A stretch of DNA of 64,000 nucleotides from Octopus vulgaris (lineage: Eukaryota): contig OX597814.1 in the NCBI GenBank assembly GCA_951406725.2, positions 134,726,001-134,790,000 on the forward strand, in the 5' to 3' direction. This document shows positions 50,665 to 63,154 of the stretch, piece by piece. The translations under genes and the position numbers were made by a program. Each line of letters opens with the position of its first letter. Positions within the stretch are counted from its first letter, which is position 1. The notes beneath the pieces are model-generated. The model was not told where the DNA came from, made no database searches, and was given only the letters and a program-made list of their open reading frames with translations.

Positions 50665-51881
50665 AAGAGAACAACCTCCGCCACTTTCCAGGGAGAAAAA
50701 CTAGAAGTAGTTGATAGCTTCCATTACGGAGGTGACCAAGTCAGTAGCAGGGGAGGGTGCACTGAATGTGTAGACACTAGAATAGCCTGGGCAAAGTTGA
50801 GAGAGCTCTTACCTCTGCTGGTGACAAAGGGCCTCTCGCTCAGAGTAAAAGGTAGACTATATGATGCATGTGTACGAACAGCCATGCTACATGGCAGTGA
50901 AACATGGGCCGTGACTGCTGAGGACATGCGTAAGCTCGCAAGGAATGAAGCCAGTATGCTCTGATGGATGTGTAATGTCAGTGTGCATACACAACAGAGT
51001 GTAAGTACCTTGAGAGAAAAGTTGGACCTAAGAAGCATCAGATGTAGTGTGCAAGAGAGGCAACTGTGCTGGTATGGCCATGTGGTGAGAATTAATGTGG
51101 ATAGCTGTGTGAAAAAGTGCCACACCCTTGTGGTTGAGGGAACCTGTGGAAGAAGTAGACCCAGGAAGACTTGGGATGAGGTGGTGAAGCATGACCTTTA
51201 AACATTGGGCCTCATCGAGGCAATGACTAGTGACCGGGACCTTTGGAAATATGCTGTGCTTGAGAAGACTCGGCAAGCTCAAGTAAGACCATAACCTTGT
51301 GACCTATGCCAGGGGTGTAACCAGCCCACTTATGCGTACCTTTCCTTCACTGGACACTAAATTCTACTTGCAAAGACCTGTTGAGGCAAGTTAAATCGAA
51401 ATCAAAATCAAATTCGATAATTGGCATCCATGCTAGTGGAGCGCTAAGAATACCATACGAGCATGATTGTTGCCAGAGCAACAAGCTGGCCTCTGTGCTG
51501 ATGACACGTAAAAAGCACCATTCAAGTGTGATTGTTATCTAAGTCGCCTTACTGGCACTTGTGCTGGTGGCACGTGAAAAAACATTCAAGCAAGGTCGTT
51601 GCCAGTGCCACTGGACTGGCTCCTGTACAGGTGGCACATAAAAAGCACCATTTGAACGTGGCTGCTGCCAGTACCACCTGACTGGCCCTCATGCCGGTGG
51701 CATGTAAAAGCATCCACTACACTCTCAGAGTAGTTGGTGTTAGGAAGGGCATCCAGCCGTAGAAACTCTGCCAGATCAGATTGGAGTCTGGTGCAGCCAT
51801 CTGGTTCGCCAGAACCTCAGTCAAATCGTCCAACCCATGCTAGCATGGAAAGCGGACGTTAAACGATGATGATGATGATGA
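50665..51881 (+). mobile_element. RTE-clade LINE 3' part
   Basis: AWAKLRELLP...WYGHVVR...GRSRPRKTW, 3' UTR minisatellite, (GAT)n tail. Confidence 0.92.
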
Positions 51882-52091
51882 ATTAAAGAAGCCATCCACC
51901 TCCCCAAACAAGCGAGAAGTCCTTGCAATTAAAACAATTCCATAAAAACAGTTATGAAATGAAAATGCTACAAAACTTATTTAATAAATTTGGCTTAATG
52001 TAATGAATAATGTGCATCACCAACAATAAATACCTTATGTTATATTTATGATTATTATGTTGTGTAATGTTTGTATTTTTTTTGTTTTCAG

Positions 52092-52146
52092 ATGACTCAA
52101 CTGTTTGCCATATCAAACCACAGAAGATATTACTGTCTGGCCCAAA
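52092..52146 (+). CDS. ROGDI: rogdi exon 4
   Basis: ttttcag|AT GAC... encodes (D)DSTVCHIKPQKILLSGP, then AA|gtaagc. Confidence 0.82.
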
Positions 52147-52654
52147 GTAAGCAAATACACTTAATTTTCAATAAAATAAAATTTTAATGTAATTTATCTG
52201 TCATTTTATACTGTTGATGCAACTAGATATTTCTTGATCATAATCTTGCCAATATTAGGGTTTGCTGGAGGAGTATACACTGAGTGATTTCTGTTTACCT
52301 ACCACTATGTCCAACCTGAGAGAACATTCTCTCTGCTGAAATGATAATTTATCATCACCCATTGTAACAATAGCCTAGTGGAATAAAATTGTGGGGCTAA
52401 GTATCCACAGCCTAGACATGCCACATGCTAATATATATTATGAATATCATCAATTTAGCCACTGTTCTACTACACTAATCACTCAGTTACTGTTACTCCT
52501 TTTTCACTTAAATTGTTTTCATTATTGTTAACCTTTGTTTTAAAAGTAGAAAATATGCAATTATATACTTACAGTACATATATGAACATATGGATATATT
52601 TGAATATATAGATGTATAAATATGAACATGTTCATACATACATATACACACACA

Positions 52655-53234
52655 CGTGGCTGTGTGGTTAAAAGGTTTGCTTCCTAACCACATAGTTTTG
52701 GGTTCAGTCCCACTGTGTGGAAAATTGAGTAGGTGTCCTTTACTTGTGAGTGGATTTGGTAAGCATAAACTTAAAGAAGCACATTGTATGTGTTTGTGAT
52801 TATGTGGAGAGAACATGTGGAAAGGGCAGACCCAGGTAGACAAAGTGGTGAAAAAGGATCTTCAGATGTTGGGTTTCACAGAGGCGATGACAAGGGACCA
52901 AGACTTTGTGTGATTTGCTGTGCTTGAGAAGATACATTAAGCCAAGTACAATTGCAGTTGTCCTTGCATACAGGCATATCCCCAATACCCCTCTTCAGTT
53001 GAGCAATCCTAATTTTGTGTGCTAGTGGGTGCTGGTGTCATGTAAAAAGCACCTTTGCTTGTTCCACTTAAAAGCACTCAATACACTCTGTAAAGTGGTT
53101 GGCATTAGGTAGGGCATCCAGCTATAGAAACCATGCCAAAACAGACTTGGAGCCCAGGTAGCTCTTCAGCAGGCCAGCTCCTGTCAAACCATCCAAACCA
53201 TGCCAGCATGGAAAATGGATGTTAGATGATGATG
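52655..53234 (+). mobile_element. Degenerate SINE head followed by RTE 3' end
   Basis: tggctgtgtggtta...ggttcagtcccactgtgtgg, then RTE ORF end and UTR with gatgatgatg tail. Confidence 0.65.
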
Positions 53235-53954
53235 GCTTTAGCCTTGATATAAAGATTAGGCACTGTGATTGAAAATTAGTTACTGTATTATTTTTCTCTT
53301 TGATAAAGTGGTAAGAAATTCTGAAATTAATCACAAAGAGAAAAACATGATTTAGCTAGTGTATCTATTTCTCATATCATTGCTAAAGATGTTTTGAATT
53401 ATATCTCTATCCCAGTTCTGTGAAGAGCTTTTTAATTTAGTTAATTAATTTAAGTTGACAACTTGACAACACTTGTATTGTTGTGCAAATTAGGTCAGAC
53501 TAATTTTGCTCAATTTAGTTCTCCACAAGGAAAATAGTAGCATATAGCTATTTGTAATATACACACACAATCTCAGATTGAATTGAATTTGTCTGTTCTA
53601 ATTTGCATAACACTGCAAATGTTGTTGACACAAATTACTTGTTTAACAGAGGCACTTCACAGCATTACGATAAAGGTGTAAATTTCATGTAAATTTAAAC
53701 TTATGTGTTTTGTTGTAGACACATTTTTTAGCCTTGCTGCAAAAAACTAAATACTGTGGTTAAATCATGTTTTTCTCTCTGTGACCTATAAAAGTGATTG
53801 GCCTGACTAGTTTCAGCATTTCTTACAACTTCAGACAGAAAAAAATCTTGTTTTGACCATTGTATCTACTTTTCATAACAAGGGTAAAAATGTATGTTTA
53901 CTAAAAATACTTGCTTATAAGTTAATCTTACATCCTTATTTATTCAACAACAAT

Positions 53955-54496
53955 GACAAATGACCAAAACCTTTGTAGATATGCCATGCTTCAGAAGGCT
54001 CATTAAGCCAAGTGAGATAGTAGTTATGGCTGATGCTAGTGTTGCATAACTGGCACATAAAAAGCGCCCTTCAAATGTTGGGCAAAATGCTGTGTTTGAG
54101 AAGACTTGTCAAGCCAAGTGAAATCATAGTTGTGGCCAATGCCAGTGCTGTCTGACTGTTACCCCTGCCGGTAGCATGTAAATAGCATTGTTTGATCCTG
54201 ATGGAGGCAGTGACAGTTGACAGATCTTTGGCAATACACCATGCTTATGAAGACCAGTCAAGTGAAGTGAGATTGTAGTTGTGGCCAATGCCAGTGTCAT
54301 GTCAATAGCACCCATTCTGGTGGCACATAAGATGCACCCACTATACTCTTGGAGTGGTTGGTGTTAGGAAGACCATCCAGCTGTAGAAACCATGCCAAAT
54401 CAAATTGGAACCTGGTGCAGCTCCCTGTTTTCCAGTTTTCAGTCAAACTGTCCAACTCATGCCAGCATGGAAAGAGGACATTAAATGATGATGATG
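53955..54496 (+). mobile_element. RTE 3' UTR fragment with repeated units
   Basis: gtcaagccaagtgaaatc units repeated; (GAT)n tail. Confidence 0.75.
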
Positions 54497-54807
54497 TATT
54501 GTGCTTCTATAAATTAATTACACTCATTGCATGTGTGTATATGTGTTTGTGCCCTTTTGTCATGACATCGTGCAAAAATTGTAAAGCAAATGTTACAGTT
54601 ATACAAACAATCAGTGTCCTTTCCAGTCTTTTGTAAAAACATGTCCAGCCATGAGTAAATATCATCTTGTTTGGAAACAAGTTAGCTTTGGTGACAGCAA
54701 GGGCATCCAGCTGTAGATTTGCCTCAACAAATTCTGTCTGACCTGTTTATTTTTCCAAGCATGGAAAAATAAACATTGAAACAATGAAGATGACACTCAC
54801 TCACATG

Positions 54808-54973
54808 CTATATTTATTCATGTTGTAAGTTGCACCCTAAATTTAGTGTTAAATCTTGATACAAATTTTTTTCAGTCATAGTTTTTGCTTTGACTTCTGT
54901 ATAAGCTGCACCCCAGGTTTTGTGAGTTAAAATCAAGTATGAAATAGTGCAACTTATACATTAGTAAATACAG
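54808..54973. mobile_element. Tc2/pogo-like MITE remnant
   Basis: degenerate TIRs ctatatttattcatgttgtaagttgcac / gtgcaacttatacattagtaaatacag with an internal repeat of taagctgcacc. Confidence 0.55.
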
Positions 54974-54984
54974 TATATATATTC

Positions 54985-55383
54985 TTTGTGTGGTTGAGAA
55001 GCTTGCTTCTCAACCACATGGATTTTTGGTTCAGTCCCTTTGTATAGCACCTTAGCCAAGTGCCTTCTATTATAATTTTGGGCCTTGTGAGTGGATTTGG
55101 TTGATAGAAACTGAAAGTAGCTCGTTGTATATATGTGTATGTGTGTGCACGTATACTTGTCTTGACATCACATTATGGCTGTAAATGAAGATTGCCATCA
55201 TACAAGTGATGTTGTTCATTGTCAGTCTTCCATAAAGATTATCTGTTCTTGGAGAAATATTACATTGCTTGGAATTAAGTGGGGATTAATGAGCTGTAGA
55301 AAATTGCTTCAATGAATTCTCTCTGATGCACTTTTTAAGCAAGCATGGAAAAGTGAATGTTAAAATGATGGTGATGATGATGA
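54985..55383 (+). mobile_element. Old SINE with tRNA head and RTE-type 3' tail
   Basis: same head and core as the young SINE, but ends aagcatggaaaagtgaatgttaaaatgatggtgatga. Confidence 0.7.
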
Positions 55384-56884
55384 GGGGACCAAGTCAGTAG
55401 CTGGGGTGGATGCTCTGAAAATGTAGCTGCTAGAATGAGAATAGCCTGGGCAAAGTTCAGTGAGCTCCTACCTCTGCTGGTGACAAAGGGCCTCTCGCTC
55501 AGAGTAAAAGGTAGACTGTATAACGCATGTGTGCGAACAGCCATGCTACATGGCAGTGAAACATGGGCCATGACTGTTGAGGACATGCATGAGCGTACGA
55601 GGAATGAAGCCAGTATGCTCTGCTGGATGTGTAATGTCAGTGTTCATACACAACAGAGTGTAAGTGCCCTGAGAGAAAAGTTTGATATAAGAAGTATCAG
55701 ATATGGTGTTCAAGAGAGATGACTGCACTAGTATAGATGAGGACAGCTGTGTGAAAAAGGGTCATACCCTAGCAGTAAAGGGAACCTGTGGAAGAAATAG
55801 ACCTGGGATGAGGTGTTGAAGCACGGCCTTCGAATGTTGGGCCTCACTGAGGTGATGACAAGTGACTGAGACCTTTGGAGATATGCTGTGCTTGAGAAGA
55901 CCCGGCAAGCCAAGTAAGACTGTAACTGTGGCCTGTGCCAGTGCAGCATAACCAAACCATTTAAGAATACCCTGCAATCATTGGGCAATAAACTGCACTT
56001 GCAAAGACCTGTTGAGGCAAGTGAAGTTGTCGTTGTGGCCAATGACAGTATCACCTGATTGGCACCTGTGCCGGTGGCACATAAAAAGCACCATTTAAGT
56101 GTGGTTGATGCCAGTGCCGCCTGACTGGCTCTGTGCCAATGACATAAAAAGCACCGTTCAAGCGTCTTTATGGAATATTCTCTCTATTTCTTTACCTTAT
56201 GAAAAAGTTAAATCTTTGGTAAAGTTAGGCATAAGAGGCATCAGATGTGGTGTGCCAGAGAGACAACTGTGCTTGTATGGTCATGTGATGCTTATAGATG
56301 AGGACAGCTGTGTAAAGATGTGCTGATCTCTAACTGTTGAGGGAACCTATGGTAGGGGTAGACCCAGGAAGATATGGGATGAAGTGGTGAAGCATGATCT
56401 TCGAACTTCGAGCCTCACAGAGGCAATGACTAGTGACTGAGACCTTTAGTGACATGCTATGCTTGAGAAGACCAGTCAAACCAAGTGAAATCATAGTCAT
56501 GGCTGATGTTGGTGTCATGTAACTGGCACCCATGCTGGTGACATGTAAAGAGCACTTTTGAACATTGGGCTTCATGGAGGCACAGTGGCTGAGTTCCTTT
56601 CAAGTGTTGACCCTCATGGTAGCAATGACCAAAACCTTTGGTGTTACATAATGCTTGAGAAGAAGACCCATCAAACCGAGCAAAATTTCAGTCATGGCAG
56701 TTACTGGTATCATGCAAATGACATCTGTGCTGGTGGCACATAAAAGCCCCCATTACACTCTGGGATTGGTTGAAAACCATGCCAAATCAGACTGGAGTCT
56801 GGTGCAGCCTTCCAGCTTACCAGCCCTGGTCAAACCATCCAACCCATATCAGCATGGACAATGGACATTAAATGATGATGATGA
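55384..56884 (+). mobile_element. Two consecutive RTE 3' fragments
   Basis: RIAWAKFSELLP...; ORF end occurs twice (about 55780 and 56350); (GAT)n tail. Confidence 0.88.
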
Positions 56885-57083
56885 CACACACATATACAGA
56901 GTAAAGTGAGGAAGAGAGAGTGAGAGAGAGACACATTTGTATGTACCTTTGCACTGTTATAATTTTTCTCTAACTTCTATACTTCATGTTTTATGTTATA
57001 TTATAATGGATATATGTATATGTATCTCTCTGTCTATATATATACCAGTAAAGTAACAATATTATTGTTTTTTTTTAAAACAG

Positions 57084-57141
57084 TGGAACTGCTCACATTA
57101 AATGTGTCTTGACATTATTTGGTGATAACATAACTGAAGCG
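57084..57141 (+). CDS. ROGDI: rogdi exon 5
   Basis: acag|T GGA... encodes (N)GTAHIKCVLTLFGDNITEA, then |gtaagt; K-x-V-L-T-L-x-G-D motif. Confidence 0.92.
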
Positions 57142-58331
57142 GTAAGTATATTCTTTATCATTGTCTTTAAGTTGCAACAAAAAAAAAAGATTATTTCAAT
57201 TTTGTAAATCAAAATTGTTTAAAGTTCTCAAGGTCTGAATAAATATTTCTGCTTCATGTGCATAAGTTTGCTTTCATTTTTGTATTCATGAAAAATAAAG
57301 ATCGTATTTTACCTTCTATAGCTCTGTCAGATGCAATTGAAGTCTTTTGTTATGTCACAACCACTATTTTGCTTTTCCAAAGTTTTTACTAGAGCTCCGT
57401 GATGTAAGATAAGAAACTAAGTCTTTTGTAAGCCTGCTTTTGTGCAACTAGTATATGTAGAAATCACTGAAAAAAATTGAAAGTTTTTGTGGAAGCTGCT
57501 TTTTCAAAGATTAGTTCTCTATTAAAGTTATTAGATCTGAGCTCAATGGGATATTTACTGAAGATTGAGAAATTGCATTCCTGGGGATGTAACAGGCGCA
57601 AATTAATAGGAGAGCTGTTACAAGGAAGCTTGATTTGCTGGAAATATCACCCAAATCTCTCTCAAATTGTATCCTCTTGAATAAGAAGTATACATTGGAC
57701 AATGTTGTCCCTGATATACAAAAAATGGGATGGTTAAGGCTGGAATGCTTATGATCATAGGTTAACTCAATCAAAATTGATATTGGGTTAAACATTGACA
57801 TGTACATGTTTTCAGCAGATCTTCAAATCTGTCTTTTCTCCTCTATCTTTATGAATATTAATGCATAGACAAATTGAAGACCTCAGATGTACACAGTTTC
57901 ATGCTAATGGCTATGATACTGCCAAATCTTGTTGAACTTTTAGTAACATCAAATTCACTTGGCAGTAGTTTTGTTGTGGGTGTAAAATCAACTGTGAAAT
58001 AAAGAAGAGTGGTTTATTGTGTAATTTATTAAGGTGGACTAGAGAAAAATGGGAGTATTCAAGAAACTTGAAAGACATACTTCAGGTAAGGGACAGGAAT
58101 TTAGTTATGGAGATTTCTGTAACATTAGGTTATTATAATTGTAGCTTTTACACTCTCAATAGTTCTCTTGCATTGTCCATATTTACAAATGAATTATGTC
58201 CAATTGTGAGCAGTCAATGATTTTCTCCATGTGTCATTAAAATAATGATGTAATAAAATAATATATTTATATTATTAAAAACAATTTTCTAAATCAGTTT
58301 TGTTAAATTTTCTTTTTAATTACCTAACCAG

Positions 58332-58418
58332 GATATAAACTTCAAACATAAACAAGGGAACCATCATAGTTTATTCAAGACTTCAATACATCAAAGTTTA
58401 CCCTGGAAATTACAGCAA
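58332..58418 (+). CDS. ROGDI: rogdi exon 6
   Basis: ccag|DINFKHKQGNHHSLFKTSIHQSLPWKLQQ|gtaagt. Confidence 0.93.
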
Positions 58419-59507
58419 GTAAGTCTTTATTTGCTCTTTAATTGCTCATTCATTAAGTTATACAACTTAGTAAATTAACTGTTTTATAAAATCTTTCAAG
58501 TAGAATGAGACAGAAAATGACTGTCAAACTATTTATTTTAATTCATCATTTGTTTTATTTTTATATATTGTACAAACTATATTTTCACTTCAGAATTCAT
58601 TCAGCTCTTTGATTCTATAACTTTTCTTAATTGCTTTTTGCAAAATTTTCATTATTACCTATTATTCAAGTCAAAAACCTTTTTTTTAAAAATAACATTA
58701 AAGAGTAGTTCTTTTGTAATAATATTAACAATGAATTCTGGGTTGCTAAAAGTTCTGAGATTTCTGATAGTGTTTACAATTCTTTCTTTTTGAAAAATTT
58801 TAGAAAGTCTGTAAAAAAAAGTTTAGTGATCACTGATGTAGTTCACTTATGTATTACAAAACCAAAACTGCATCACAATGACTAGGTGATCTTTTTAGAG
58901 CAGAAACTGTTTCAACTTTGAATATCTGCTAATCCAATACAAAGTCTAAATATATCCCACACTAGCGTGTTACACACCTGAGATGGAACAGCTGCTACTC
59001 ATGCAATTAACTTTTAAACTGCTTAAAAAAAGCCCCATTCAACTGATTGTGTAACTCACTCACACACTTTAACCTATTGCACACAAACACTATATATTCT
59101 CTGTCTCTTCTGCCATTACTAGAACAGTTCCTGTTTCTCTAAACTAAAAGTAAGCATGCACTATCCCAACTATGCTTACCTGATTAATCTGCCTATTCTC
59201 AAATTATCCATACTACACTCCTTGCTCAAATCTTTATCATGAGTGCTGCAATTCTTTACGACTCAGTCTTTGTTCGCATTTTCCCTATAGGCATTAGCCA
59301 ACATTCTGATGATGAACATTGAAATTCTTCCTTTAACTAAAACCTGAAGAAAATATTGCAAATATTTATAGGTGGTAACACTCAATCTTGAAAATAAACA
59401 TTGTCATATTTTGATTTTTTTTCTTTCTTTGAAAAAGTTGAATGATATTCAAACACTATTTGTTACGATGTAGTTTAATAGTAACTTGCTGATATTTTTA
59501 TTTTCAG

Positions 59508-59600
59508 ATTCAAGATGCATACAACCATCTAAAATCTGCAGCATATTGCATATCTTTAAAAGAAAATTATGCTTTTAAGTCTGTCAGAGAAGTTACTTTG
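59508..59600 (+). CDS. ROGDI: rogdi exon 7
   Basis: ttttcag|IQDAYNHLKSAAYCISLKENYAFKSVREVTL|gtaatt; completes the WKLQQIQDA signature. Confidence 0.93.
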
Positions 59601-60155
59601 GTAATTTAAAATTTTCTTTCACTTTTTAGATTAACCCTTTAAGCCCTGATCTTATGAAAACTTATGTCAACTAAAATGGATAAATAGTGCTGTACCTGTA
59701 TTCAAATAAATTAGAGAAAGCTTGGCTAGAGGGGGGAATATGTTGAAGTAGGATCTTCTAGACTGTTGTTCAAATTGCTAATGTGAGATCAAAATCTTCC
59801 TTTCTTCAGCCCCACCCCCTTTTATTTTTTGTCTTAAAAAATGTAGCTAAAAGTTAGTTGAATAACTGTAAACCTACTTTTGGGCCACCCTGTATATATA
59901 TGGATTTTTTTTTATATATGCATATTTGTGCCTATAAATAAATGTATAAACAATCTAATTTAAAACCTACACATATTATGAAAGATCATAGTGAATGACA
60001 CACGACCCCAGTCCTCGTCTTCTTAAAAAAGATAAACAAACAAGAGAAGTAGAAAGTAAATATATTAAAAATAAGAGAAAGGAAACCAAAAACAAAAAAA
60101 AATTGTCTTAAAAAGTAAAATACTGAACTCTTTTTTTGTTATTCTGAATTTTCAG

Positions 60156-60254
60156 TTTATTGATGAAGTCATGGAAAGTATTAAAAAAGGAAGGACTTGT
60201 TTGACATTTCCACGTCGTAAATCTGTTGAAGAATTGTTAAATAATCAAAATATG
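60156..60254 (+). CDS. ROGDI: rogdi exon 8
   Basis: ttttcag|FIDEVMESIKKGRTCLTFPRRKSVEELLNNQNM|gtaaga. Confidence 0.92.
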
Positions 60255-60851
60255 GTAAGATTTGATTTAGATTGATTTACTTCTTAAGGAATTGTGTTTT
60301 ATTATCTGGATTATTAATATTCATTTATACCTTCAGGACTATTTCAAGCTTTTAATAAATATTTTCTGGTAATTTTTTTTTTTTTTAGTTACTTTTGTTT
60401 AATCTCCAAAAGAAAGTAATTATTTGAGACTTTAGTTAAGAAATCTCGATATCAGCTTTGAGGTTTTATTTAATACATGCATCGATTAGAAAATAATTTG
60501 CTTGATTAATATTTAAATATAATGCATTATGATTTAAATGGCTGAGATTGTAATTCCAGAAAAATCTATCAGCTGATACAGATAAGAATTTCATCTTTAA
60601 ACAAAGCTATGACAAAATTTTAATTGAAAGTAATCTTGGGATAGCTGTTTGAACAATTTAATGAATTTTCAACCAGCAAACTATTGTTTCTACTATGTGA
60701 AGTTTACTTGCTACTTGAAAATATCTCTTTTCTTTTGAGCTAATAATTTCAATAAACATTGTTATATTGCTCAGCAACATCTTATAATTAGAAAACCTCT
60801 ACTTGGTGTTTGCTTGCTAGGAAAAAAATTAGGCCTCATTGAATAATATAG

Positions 60852-61758
60852 TTCTAGATACATTATTCTTGACAAAAAAGACTGGATTTTCATGACTCCT
60901 AATCTCCTCCATATGGACTCTTGTGGATTTAAACAACATAAGTTTGAATTAATGTGTAAAAGTTTTGATTTATATCTTAATATATTTCATCCATTTATAA
61001 ATTGTTTTAATGTTTTAACTCAAGTCAGTTGATTTTGATGTTACGTTATGACACTTGGAATAAATTTTATAAAAAACTTAAAGTGAAATAAGTTAGGATA
61101 CTGCAAATATTCTTTTTCAAAGAAAGAGGAAATTGTATTCCAATGTTATTAATTCATTAAGTAATTACAAAGAAATGTGTTCCTAATGATTATCTAAATA
61201 ATTATTTAATTATCAATTATTGTTTATTATTAATTTAATATTAAATTTAGCAATAAACTTTAATATTTCTTGAAATGCTTTCTAATTTCTATAAAAATAT
61301 TCTATTAGTTTTCATCCACAGCATTCTAATTTGGCATCATCTTCAAATGTGTAATGCTACTAATATTAAGCAAGAATCACGGGGAAAGATACTGTAGGGA
61401 ATGCATTGCAAATAACTAATGAATAACCTTAGGTTACATCTGAAATTTAAATTACTTTTGATATCTTTTGCACTTAAATAATATTCTTAGGTGGCCTAAG
61501 GAAACATACACTCTGTTTAGCATTCTCAGAAAACCTTCACTTAGTTGTTAGCTTGCTAGGAAAAAACATTAGAATCTTCCCTAAATTAGGCCTCATTGAA
61601 TAATATAGTTTATAAATGGATGAAATATATTAAGATATAAATCAAAACTTTTACACATTAATTCAAACTTATGTTGTTTAAATCCACAAGAGTCCATATG
61701 GAGGAGATTAGGAGTCATGAAAATCCAGTCTTTTTTGTCGAGAATAATGTATCTAGAA
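60852..61758. repeat. Inverted duplication of 150 bp, each arm preceded by the same 28-bp direct repeat
   Basis: 60852-61001 is the reverse complement of 61609-61758 (1 mismatch); aaattaggcctcattgaataatatagtt at 60826 and 61583. Confidence 0.93.
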
Positions 61759-61853
61759 GCCATGTGTTATAATGTTTCATCACTATTATCAATCCAATAG
61801 CTTATTGGAGTATGAAATAATTTGACCTTTTTAATTTTGTTTTTACCATTTAG

Positions 61854-61982
61854 CAAGTATTTCACCCAGCTGTACCAAATACTGTTGCTTTAAGTTTTTA
61901 CATCCATACATCCAAATTGATACTTGCTCTGTATCAGATACATCGCAACAATCAAAAAATAGAAGTTTTGTCACGACACCAG
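61854..61982 (+). CDS. ROGDI: rogdi exon 9 (gene continues beyond window)
   Basis: atttag|QVFHPAVPNTVALSFYIHTSKLILALYQIHRNNQKIEVLSRHQ|gtatat; the C-terminal helix exon is not in the window. Confidence 0.9.
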
Positions 61983-62078
61983 GTATATAAATTTTTTTTA
62001 TTTAAAAAAACTTTTTATTAGAAAATGATGGTTCAGTGTTGTAATGATATTTATTTTCAATTCATCATGATGATTTAA

Positions 62079-62274
62079 CCCTTTAGCATTTAAGCCAGCC
62101 ATATCAGGCCCATATATTCTTTGTTTTATTTTCAAAATGGCCAGATCTGGTCTCTCACACCTACCCTACAATGTCATTCTAAATCTCATTGAAACCTCAA
62201 AGTTACAAGATTAATTCAAAACAATATGAATAAATAAGCATTATAGTTGACAGAATAATCTGAATGCTAAAGGG
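62079..62274. mobile_element. piggyBac-type MITE
   Basis: TTAA-CCCTTTAGCATT ... AATGCTAAAGGG-TTAA. Confidence 0.88.
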
Positions 62275-63154
62275 TTAAAAATTCATTAATTTTTCATTTT
62301 GAGAATTTTTTTTTTATGCTGTTCCAATATAGAAGCTTATATTTTACACTTTACACCTTTCTTTGCTCTAAATTTTGTTATTTATTACAATTTTCTTATT
62401 CTTAACTGGGATTGAATAGCAAACATGTTTACTTTTAAAACAGAAAAACTTACAGAAATAAAGATCACATTATTGAGAAGCTTTACTTTTTCTCAAATGT
62501 AATCTATATGGTTTGCTTTGTTTTAAATGTATATAGTATATTATCATTTTTGTACTTGAATGTTGTAGCTAAGAGCTGAATATTTTTGTGCTATTTGATT
62601 TAAACTTTGGATATTAGAAATGTAATAATTATTAAATGTTGAACTTTTTGTCTTCCATGTACCAACTTGATGACAAATAGTATTTTTATTTTATTATATC
62701 TGTCTAACATGACACTATTGGAAGGCAGGTTTAGAGAGGGCACGGGCTAAAACTATGTGCCCTTCCCCTCCATTGGTTAGTTGAAGCTTAGGCAGTGTCA
62801 TGTAACAGCTGGTGCTGGCTGTTGGAGCCTACTGGCGAGTATATAAAGGGAAATTTGGCAGGATGGTCATTTGCCCACTGACATTTGTTGACATTGCATC
62901 AAAGAAACCAAAGAACAAAAAAAAGTAGAAAGAAGAAATGCACTCAACACCAGAGCTGAAGACACTTCCATCGAAAATGGTAGAAGAGTAGGGGCCGAAA
63001 CTGGATGTGGTTCCTCCTGATGATGTCTTTAGCCACTGGATCCTATAAAGGAGCTGTTGAGGTAGTGAACCCCAAAATGGGGTTGGAATTCCTTCCTGCC
63101 TAAATTCTTCATTATTTTCAAAATTAATTGAAACACTGCCAATGTATTTCATTT

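Noticed and set aside
51428-51720. Repeat-spacer pattern resembling a CRISPR array
   Set aside because: Eukaryotic LINE 3' UTR; the spacers are homologous to each other and there are no cas genes
62829-63152. 107-aa minus-strand ORF in a GC-richer patch
   Set aside because: No recognisable domain or splice context; probably repeat-derived
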